Positions 1 to 10,200 of a stretch of 64,000 nt of DNA are shown piece by piece. Both the position numbers and the translations under genes were made by a program. Below the pieces are notes generated by a model. That model saw nothing but the letters and a program-made list of their open reading frames with translations, was not told the DNA's origin and made no database searches. Position 1 is the first letter of the stretch. Each line of letters opens with the position of its first letter. The stretch comes from Macrostomum hystrix (taxonomy: Eukaryota; Animalia; Platyhelminthes): assembly GCA_950097015.1 (NCBI GenBank), contig CATNEN010000041.1, positions 3,100,001-3,164,000 of the forward strand, given 5' to 3'.

Positions 1-236
1 GCCGGACTCCAGCTGTCCCATCTCAGCCGGACTCCAGCTGTCCCATCTCAACCGGACTCCAGCTGTCCCATCTCAGCCGGACTCCAGCTGTCCCATCTCA
101 GCCGGACTCCAGCTGTCCCATCTCAGCCGGACTCCAGCTGTCCCATCTCAGCCGGACACCAGCTGTCCCATCTCAGCCGGACTCCAGCTGTCCCATCTCA
201 GCCGGACTCCAGCTGTCCCATCTCAGCCGGACTCAC
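1..236. repeat. 25-bp minisatellite (gccggactccagctgtcccatctca) at the start of gene A intron 2
   Basis: About 9 near-identical units in view. On the minus strand the array begins at the donor GTGAGTCCGGC. Confidence 0.95.
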
Positions 237-987
237 AGTTGCAGGTGGCCTCAGTCCAAAGATTGCTGTAGCCGATGCCCACCTGGGTGAGCGCCCGCAC
301 AATGAGAGTCCTCTGCTGCTGGTTGTTTAGGCGAGAAAGGCGAATTTGAGGCACATTGGGCACGCTGGCGGCGCTGCTGCACCACTGACTGGCGACAGTG
401 TAGTTCACCTGCTGCCGGCTGCCGACTGCCCGGAAGTAGTAGCACAGGCCCAGCTGCGACTCGTAGTACAGCTGCCAGCCGGAACCGGCTGGAAGGCACG
501 TCGCGGCCTGCGCGGGCTGCGCTGAAAGACCTGGGGGCAGCGCAGCAGCGGTGTTTCTCTAGGTTTCTCTGCCTAACTCTGAGCAGCCTCACCTGCCTCA
601 CCTCACCTCATACTGCTCAGCCATCAGCTGACCCACACGCACAACAGCCTCACCTGCATCACAGTGCTCAGCCATCAGCTGACCCACACGCACAACAGCC
701 TCACTTGCATCACAGTGCTCAGCCATCAGCTGACCCACACGCACAACAGCCTCACTTGCACCACAGTGCTCTGCCTTCAGCTGACCCACACGCACAACAG
801 CCTCACCTGCATCACAGTGCTCTGCCATCAGCTGACCCACACGCACAACAGCCTCACTTGCATCACAGTGCTCAGCCATCAGCTGACCCACACGCACAAC
901 AGCCTCACCTGCATCACAGTGCTCAGCCATGGACTCACCTGCAAGGACAAGCAGTTGCAGCGGAAGCAGACTGGCAGCGACCCACAT
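237..987 (-). CDS. Gene A: secreted/membrane C-type-lectin-like protein, 5' exons only (paralogue of gene B; continues off the left edge)
   Basis: Exon 939-987 encodes signal peptide MWVAASLLPLQLLVLA and ends at G|GTGAGT. Exon 237-530 (ccccag| ... AACT|GTGAGT, 294 nt, phase 1-1) encodes CLPAGSGWQLYYESQLGLCYYF...NYTVASQWC...LWTEATCN. This aligns with gene B CTLPSNGW..LGLCVY..NYSASATLC..VWTQAACN and has the intron at the same position. Confidence 0.75.
602..938. repeat. 51-bp minisatellite in gene A intron 1, unit contains GCA(G/A)|GTGAG
   Basis: ctcac motifs at 653, 704, 755, 806, 857 and 908 (51-bp spacing). Confidence 0.95.
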
Positions 988-1709
988 CTTTCTGGCCAGG
1001 TGAGACACTGCAACTTCCGTGCTGTTCTGTTTTGGCTCCGAGAGCAGTTGTGGGCAGCGGCCAGCCATTTGCCACGGTAAATAAAGGAAAAACCGATTGC
1101 CAAGAGATGCGTCGTTAAAAAGCGCCCCTAGCAACCAAAAGAGAGAAGCAGCAGGACAAACGCGGAGTGCTAAATGAAAAGAGGAGGCGAAGGGACAATG
1201 CCACAGGCTTCCCAGTTTTTCTGAAGAGACTGACATGAATTATGAATGGCTGCTTCTGTGTCCAGCCTCCCGGAGCACCATCACTGCCGGGTCTCCGCGG
1301 CAGTAGTGCAATGTCTCGCTTGCATCTCCCGCATCCTTGTGGAAGGGCCATTGTTTCCAGCTGTGCAGTGGGATTTCTTCCCAGTTTTCTTAGTTGGCGA
1401 GTATATAGCGCCTGGCGGAGGCGAGACGCTTCTGCTCTGCTCTGCCCTCCCCAGCTCTGTAGAGAAGGGAGACTCGTGTACATGTATTCAATCCTCGCCT
1501 CAAAGTCAGAATGTAAAACATTTCAAAGCGCAGTGTTTGAGTGAGTTAAAACTTTGCCGCTGCACAAAGTATTTAAAACTTTTTTTTCTTAGCGAGGGAG
1601 TAAATATTTCGTATACAGTTGTCAAAATAAAACCATTTAAGAATTCATTCAGTCTAGAAGTTAGAATTCAAGTCTAGAAAAATGATACGCAAAAATTTGA
1701 TTGGGAAGG

Positions 1710-3998
1710 GTGAGTTCACTAGTATGGGATTAGTTCACTAGTATGGGATTAGTCCATTAGTATGGGATTAGTTCACTAGTACGGGATTAGTTCACTAGTA
1801 TGGGATTATTCCATTAGTATGGGATTAGTTCACTAGTACGGGATTAGTTCACTAGTATGGGATTAGTCCATTAGTATGGGATTAGTTCACTAGTACGGGA
1901 TTAGTTCACTAGTATGGGATTAGTCCATTAGTATGGGATTAGTCCATTAGTATGGGATTAGTTCACTAGTATGGGATTAGTTCACAGTATGGGATTAGTT
2001 CACTAGTATGGGATTAGTCCATTAGTATGGGATTAGTTCACTAGTACGGGATTAGTTCACTAGTATGGGATTAGTCCATTAGTACGGGATTAGTTCACTA
2101 GTATGGGATTAGTTCACAAGTATGGGATTAGTCCATTAGTATGGGATTAGTTCACTAGTATGGGATTAGTCCATTAGTATGGGATGAGTTCACTAGTATG
2201 GGATTAGTTCACTAGTATGGGATTAGTTCACTAGTATGGGATTAGTTCACTAGTATGGGATTAGTTCACTAGTATGGGATTAGTCCATTATTATGGGATT
2301 AGTTCACTAGTATGGGATGAGTTCACAGTATGGGATTAGTTCACTAGTATGGGATGAGTTCACAGTATGGGATTAGTTCACTAGTATGGGATTAGTTCAC
2401 TAGTATGGGATTAGTCCATTAGTATGGGATTAGTTCACTAGTATGGGATGAGTTCACTAGTATGGGATTAGTTCACCAGTATGGGATTAGTTCACTAGTA
2501 TGGGATTAGTTCACTAGTATGGGATTAGTCCATTAGTATGGGATTAGTTCACTACTATGGGATTAGTTCACTAGTATGGGATGAGTTCACAGTATGGGAT
2601 TAGTTCACTAGTATGGGATTAGTCCATTAGTATGGGATTAGTTCACTAGTACGGGATTAGTTCACTAGTATGGGATTAATTCACTAGTATGGGATTAGTT
2701 CACTATTATGGGATTAGTTCACTAGTATGGGATTAGTTCACAGTATGGGATTAGTTCACTAGTATGGGATTAGTCCATTAGTATGGGATTAGTTCACTAG
2801 TACGGGATTAGTTCACTAGTATGGGATTAGTCCATTAGTACGGGATTAGTTCACTAGTATGGGATTAGTTCACAAGTATGGGATTAGTCCATTAGTATGG
2901 GATTAGTTCACTAGTATGGGATTAGTCCATTAGTATGGGATGAGTTCACTAGTATGGGATTAGTTCACTAGTATGGGATGAGTTCACAGTATGGGATTAG
3001 TTCACTAGTATGGGATTAGTTCACTAGTATGGGATTAGTCCATTAGTATGGGATTAGTCCATTAGTATGGGATTAGTCCATTAGTATGGGATTAGTCCAT
3101 TAGTATGGGATTAGTCCATTAGTATGGGATTAGTCCATTAGTATGGGATTAGTCCATTAGTATGGGATTAGTCCATTAGTATGGGATTAGTCCATTAGTA
3201 TGGGATTAGTTCACTAGTATGGGATTAGTTCACTAGTATGGGATTAGTTCACTAGTATGGGATTAGTCCATTAGTATGGGATTAGTTCACTAGTATGGGA
3301 TTAGTTCACTAGTATGGGATGAGTTCACAGTATGGGATTAGTTCACTAGTATGGGATTAGTTCACTAGTATGGGATTAGTCCATTAGTATGGGATTAGTC
3401 CATTAGTATGGGATTAGTTCACTAGTATGGGATTAGTTCATTAGTATGGGATTAGTTCACTATTATGGGATTAGTTCACTAGTATGGGATTAGTTCACTA
3501 GTATGGGATTAGTTCACTAGTATGGGATTAGTTCACTAGTATGTGATTAGTCCATTAGTATGGGATTAGTTCACTAGTATGGGATTAGTCCATTAGTATG
3601 GGATTAGTTCACTACTATGGGATTAGTTCACTAGTATGGGATTAGTTCACTAGTATGGGATTAGTTCACTAGTATGGGATTAGTCCATTAGTATGGGATT
3701 AGTTCACTAGTATGGGATTAGTTCACTAGTATGGGATGAGTTCACAGTATGGGATTAGTTCACTAGTATGGGATTAGTTCACTAGTATGGGATTAGTTCA
3801 CTAGTATGGGATTAGTTCACTAGTATGGGATTAGTCCATTAGTATGGGATTAGTCCATTAGTATGGGATTAGTCCATTAGTATGGGATTAGTCCATTAGT
3901 ATGGGATTAGTCCATTAGTATGGGATTAGTCCATTAGTATGGGATTAGTCCATTAGTATGGGATTAGTCCATTAGTATGGGATTAGTCCATTAGTATT
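1710..3998. repeat. 19-bp minisatellite (tagttcactagtatgggat / tagtccattagtatgggat)
   Basis: About 120 units in two main variants. It lies between the 3' end of gene B and the 5' end of gene A. Confidence 0.97.
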
Positions 3999-4352
3999 GG
4001 ACCAACCAAAAGAACGGACGGCACTTTTGAGCCAGCTTAGTAGCAAATTACTGCTCGGTCTATACAGGACTTTTGTGCATACTAGTCAAACTTTTAAAGT
4101 GGCCCGCTTACCCAATGTGCAGCATAAAATGTAACTCCATTCTGTTTGTCTTATCGTACGAGCATAACATCTACCCCTGACTTTGATGTACATGACTGCG
4201 ACTGCTTCTCTTGCCATTCTATTTTTAGAATTTTTTATAAGGAGGTCTTCGCTAGCGAAGTCAATACACTGATAGCTACAATTTTAGCTGCAGTAATGAA
4301 AAGTGTTTCAGTGTTTTTTCTCTGCGTTTGAAGTCTTGGCGAGTCTGCTGAG

Positions 4353-4579
4353 CTATTGACTCTTCCGCATCTCAATCTTCAGCTTGATGCGGTGCAAGTT
4401 GGTGCGCAGCAGCTTCACATCCCGGGTGATGGTGGTCAGGTCCAGGATGAGGATGGTGCTGAAGAAAACGATCAGGATGATGATGACCACCAGGCCAAGA
4501 GACTCGGCGCCTTCGGCCTCCTGGGCTGGCGGAATGTAGCGAGTACCACCACCAGACAGCAACAACGGATCCGTTTGCT
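4353..4579 (-). CDS. Duplicate copy of the gene B terminal (transmembrane) exon
   Basis: Same sequence as 6644-6870, with an intact acceptor (catcgcag|AG) and a TAG stop. Confidence 0.6.
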
Positions 4580-4589
4580 CTGCGATGAG

Positions 4590-4909
4590 GTAGGTGGAAT
4601 AAGGGGTGGGTGGAATCAGGGGTGGGTCGAATCAGGACTGGGTGGAATCACGGGTTGCTGGAATCAGGGGTGGGTGGAATCAGGACTGGGTGGAACCAGG
4701 GGTTGCTGGAATCAGAGGTGGGTGGAATCAGGGGTGGCTGGAATCAGGGGTTGCTGGAATCAGGGGTGGGTGGAATCAGGGGTGGGTGGAATCAGGGGTG
4801 GGTGGAATCAGGGGTGGTTGGAATAAGGGGTGGGTGGAATCAGGACTGGGTGGAATCAGGGGTTGCTGGAATCAGGGGTGGCTATAATCAGGGATTGCTG
4901 GAATCAGGG
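4590..4909. repeat. 16-bp minisatellite (ggaatcaggggtgggt), duplicated part
   Basis: G-rich tandem units matching 6881-7200. Confidence 0.9.
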
Positions 4910-7200
4910 GTGAGTTCACTAGTATGGGATGAGTTCACAGTATGGGATTAGTTCACTAGTATGGGATTAGTCCATTAGTATGGGATTAGTTCACTAGTAC
5001 GGGATTAGTTCACTAGTATGGGATTAATTCACTAGTATGGGATTAGTTCACTATTATGGGATTAGTTCACTAGTATGGGATTAGTTCACAGTATGGGATT
5101 AGTTCACTAGTATGGGATTAGTCCATTAGTATGGGATTAGTTCACTAGTACGGGATTAGTTCACTAGTATGGGATTAGTCCATTAGTACGGGATTAGTTC
5201 ACTAGTATGGGATTAGTTCACAAGTATGGGATTAGTCCATTAGTATGGGATTAGTTCACTAGTATGGGATTAGTCCATTAGTATGGGATGAGTTCACTAG
5301 TATGGGATTAGTTCACTAGTATGGGATGAGTTCACAGTATGGGATTAGTTCACTAGTATGGGATTAGTTCACTAGTATGGGATTAGTCCATTAGTATGGG
5401 ATTAGTCCATTAGTATGGGATTAGTCCATTAGTATGGGATTAGTCCATTAGTATGGGATTAGTCCATTAGTATGGGATTAGTCCATTAGTATGGGATTAG
5501 TCCATTAGTATGGGATTAGTCCATTAGTATGGGATTAGTCCATTAGTATGGGATTAGTTCACTAGTATGGGATTAGTTCACTAGTATGGGATTAGTTCAC
5601 TAGTATGGGATTAGTCCATTAGTATGGGATTAGTTCACTAGTATGGGATTAGTTCACTAGTATGGGATGAGTTCACAGTATGGGATTAGTTCACTAGTAT
5701 GGGATTAGTTCACTAGTATGGGATTAGTCCATTAGTATGGGATTAGTCCATTAGTATGGGATTAGTTCACTAGTATGGGATTAGTTCATTAGTATGGGAT
5801 TAGTTCACTATTATGGGATTAGTTCACTAGTATGGGATTAGTTCACTAGTATGGGATTAGTTCACTAGTATGGGATTAGTTCACTAGTATGTGATTAGTC
5901 CATTAGTATGGGATTAGTTCACTAGTATGGGATTAGTCCATTAGTATGGGATTAGTTCACTACTATGGGATTAGTTCACTAGTATGGGATTAGTTCACTA
6001 GTATGGGATTAGTTCACTAGTATGGGATTAGTCCATTAGTATGGGATTAGTTCACTAGTATGGGATTAGTTCACTAGTATGGGATGAGTTCACAGTATGG
6101 GATTAGTTCACTAGTATGGGATTAGTTCACTAGTATGGGATTAGTTCACTAGTATGGGATTAGTTCACTAGTATGGGATTAGTCCATTAGTATGGGATTA
6201 GTCCATTAGTATGGGATTAGTCCATTAGTATGGGATTAGTCCATTAGTATGGGATTAGTCCATTAGTATGGGATTAGTCCATTAGTATTGGACCAACCAA
6301 AAGAACGGACGGCACTTTTGAGCCAGCTTAGTTGCGAATTACTGCTCGGTCTATACAGGACTTTTGTGCATACTAGTCAAACTTTTAAAGTGGCCCGCTT
6401 ACCCAATGTGCAGCATAAAATGTAACTCCATTCTGTTTGTCTTATCGTACGAGCATAACATCTACCCCTGACTTTGATGTACATGACTGCGACTGCTTCT
6501 CTTGCCATTCTATTTTTAGAATTTTTTATAAGGAGGTCTTCGCTAGCGAAGTCAATACACTGATAGCTACAATTTTAGCTGCAGTAATGAAAAGTGTTTC
6601 AGTGTTTTTTCTCTGCGTTTGAAGTCTTGGCGAGTCTGCTGAGCTATTGACTCTTCCGCATCTCAATCTTCAGCTTGATGCGGTGCAAGTTGGTGCGCAG
6701 CAGCTTCACATCCCGGGTGATGGTGGTCAGGTCCAGGATGAGGATGGTGCTGAAGAAAACGATCAGGATGATGATGACCACCAGGCCAAGAGACTCGGCG
6801 CCTTCGGCCTCCTGGGCTGGCGGAATGTAGCGAGTACCACCACCAGACAGCAACAACGGATCCGTTTGCTCTGCGATGAGGTAGGTGGAATAAGGGGTGG
6901 GTGGAATCAGGGGTGGGTCGAATCAGGACTGGGTGGAATCACGGGTTGCTGGAATCAGGGGTGGGTGGAATCAGGACTGGGTGGAACCAGGGGTTGCTGG
7001 AATCAGAGGTGGGTGGAATCAGGGGTGGCTGGAATCAGGGGTTGCTGGAATCAGGGGTGGGTGGAATCAGGGGTGGGTGGAATCAGGGGTGGGTGGAATC
7101 AGGGGTGGTTGGAATAAGGGGTGGGTGGAATCAGGACTGGGTGGAATCAGGGGTTGCTGGAATCAGGGGTGGCTATAATCAGGGATTGCTGGAATCAGGG
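4910..7200. repeat. Second copy of a ~2.3-kb tandem segmental duplication (first copy ~2562-4909)
   Basis: The unique tract 3999-4589 recurs at 6290-6880 (offset 2291). It includes the terminal exon of gene B and parts of the 19-bp and 16-bp arrays. Two substitutions were seen (tagcaaatt vs ttgcgaatt). Confidence 0.93.
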
Positions 7201-10200
7201 GTGGCTGGAATCAGGGGTGGGTGGAATCAGGGGTTGCTGGAATCAGGGGTGGCTATAATCAGGGGTTGCTGGAATCAGGGGTGGCTGGAATCAGGGGTGG
7301 GTGGAATCAGGGGTTGCTGGAATCAGGGGTGGCTATAATCAGGGGTTGCTGGAATCAGGGTTGGGTGGAATCAGGACGGGTGGAATCAGGGGTTGTTGGA
7401 ATCAGGGGTGGGTGGAATCAGGGGTGGGTGGAATCAGGGGTGGCTGGAATCAGGGGTGGGTGGAATCAGGGGTTGCTGGAATCAGGGGTGGCTATAATCA
7501 GGGGTTGCTGGAATCAGGGTTGGGTGGAATCAGGACGGGTGGAATCAGGGGTTGTTGGAATCAGGGGTGGGTGGAATCAGGGGTGGGTGGAATCAGGGTT
7601 GGGTGGAATCAGGACTGGGTGGAATCAGGGGTTGCTGGAATCAGGGGTGGGTGGAATCAGGGGTGGGTGGAATCAAGTCATTGCTCTAGTAGGACCCAAG
7701 TTGAGGGGAATCATATTGCACAGCGAATCAGAATCGAGAAGTATGACGCATGAAGTGATTTAGCTTCAGCGCTTACTAATGCAGGAGGAGACTCTGAAGC
7801 TCCAAGTACCGCTGCTGGCGCAATTGACCTCGGTTGAGTTGTCCAGCTTGGACTGGCCGCCTTCGCCCGGCGAGTTCATCTGGTGGCCAGACAGGCAGGT
7901 GAAACGAACCCGGGCCCCATATTCCAGTTCCGTTGACGTGGCGAACTCCGGGATGCTCATCCTGACCACTGTCTCGTCCGGCCTCGTTACGATCAGCGTG
8001 TCGTTGAAGTTGGACTGTAGCAGGTAGACCAGCAAGTTGTTCTGCTGCGTGAGGATCACAATCTCCTTCGTCAGGCAGGTGATGGCTTCGTGGGTGGAGA
8101 TGGCAGGTTGGGTTTTATCCGCTGCAGAGTGCGAAGTTAAATATTCACTGCTCAGCAGCTCACAGCCACCCACGTCAGTGACCCTACTTACAGCCACTCC
8201 AGTCAGTGACCCTACTCACAGACACTCCATTCAGTGACCCTACTTACAGCCACTCCAGTCAGTGACCCTACTCACAGCCACTCCAGTCAGTGACCCTACT
8301 CACAGCCACTCCATTCAGTGACCCTACTCACAGCCACTCCAGTCAGTGACCCTACTCACAGCCACTCCAGTCAGTGACCCTACTCACAGCCACTCCAGTC
8401 AGTGACCCTACTCACAGCCACTCCATTCAGTGACCCTACTAACAGCCACTCCAGTCAGTGACCCTACTAACAGCCACTCCAGTCAGTGACCCTACTCACA
8501 GCCACTCCATTCAGTGACCCTACTCACAGCCACTCCAGTCAGTGACCCTACTCACAGCCACTCCAGTCAGTGACCCTACTCACAGCCACTCCAGTCAGTG
8601 ACCCTACTCACAGCCACTCCATTCAGTGACCCTACTAACAGCCACTCCAGTCAGTGACCCTACTCACAGCCACTCCAGTCAGTGACCCTACTCACAGCCA
8701 CTCCATTCAGTGACCCTACTAACAGCCACTCCAGTCAGTGACCCTACTCACGGCTCAACTGCTCAGCCTACTCACTGATAAGCAGGGCACATTTGGAAAG
8801 TGCTCAGTGCTCACCCTTGCAGTCCATGATGTCCTTGCTAAGCACGGTGCCGCCGAAAGGGAACCAGACGGCCGTGTTGTTGGTGCCGTTGTTAGGCAGG
8901 TCGCACTTGAGCGACTTGTCATAGGTGCGGTCCATGAAGAAGTTGCCCTCCTGCCGGCAGCGGATGGACACCTCATTGGGGTAGTAGGGGAAGCGGTTGC
9001 TCTCATCCGAGGTAAAGGACCTGTCCTTCAGCCTGTTGAAGGCTTTGTAGGCCACCATCTTGGTATAGTCGTAGAACGGCATGCTTTCCTTGCAGCGGAC
9101 GGCTGGAGACGGGAATCCGGGAGTGGGAATTCTCAGAAAGCGCAGGAATTTGACCTACCTGGCCTACTGGCAACCCCTGGCTCACCCGTGCAGACAACCA
9201 GCGTGGTAGGCATCCACATGCCCAGGCTGGGGTTGAGGTCGCTCTGACCGCACTCGAGCTGCGCTGCGGTGGTGGTCTCGTCAAGCACGCTGACGTAGCC
9301 GCGCTTGCACTGCAGGCCGATCGTCTCACCGAACCGGTACTTGCGATTGGGGTCCACGGCGGACTTGTAGTCCTCCACATCCTGGATGATGGTCTTGTTC
9401 AGCAGCATCCAGCCCTGGCAGCTGCTGGCTGCAAAGTGCGACATTCGGCTCTGCTTTGATAAGCACTTTCGTGTCAAAAGATTTACCCGTCCGTCTATAA
9501 ATTGAACCTGATTTGGTAGACAATATGAGCATGAGTTTGAGGTTGAGCACGGCTGAAGAGACTCACGTTGGCAGGCCTCCAGCGGCTGCATGATGCCGAT
9601 CTGCAAGAAGCTGACGGTGCCGCGGCCGTCGCTGCCACCCGGCTGAAATGCGCAGAAGAACAGGTTTCTCGACGCGGAGGCTGCCTTGTCCACGGAGCCA
9701 CCGGCCAGCACGATCTCTGAAGGCCGGTAGTAGCCGGGGGCGCAGTTGAAGCGCACGGTCTGGTTGGCGAAGGCCGGGACACTGAGGCGCATTGTCACGC
9801 TGTTGTAGCCGGACACCGTGGACGGGTCACATTGCGGAGCTGGAGTGTCGGAGCAACAGAGAATTATTTTTACCTGCTGATCAGTAGGCAGGCTCGCACA
9901 TTACTCTTGCCGCAATAGGCATTCTAAGAAATTCTGTCAATCAGTAGGCAGGCTCGCACATTACTCTTGCCGCAATAGGCATTCTAAGAAATTCTGTCAA
10001 TCAGTAGGCAGGCTCGCACATTACTCTTGCCGCAATAGGCATTCTAAGAAATTCTGTCAATCAGTAGGCAGGCTCGCACATTACTCTTGCCGCAATAGGC
10101 ATTCTAAGAAATTCTGTCAATCAGTAGGCAGGCTCGCACATTACTCTTGCCGCAATAGGCATTCTAAGAAATTCTGTCAATCAGTAGGCAGGCTCGCACA

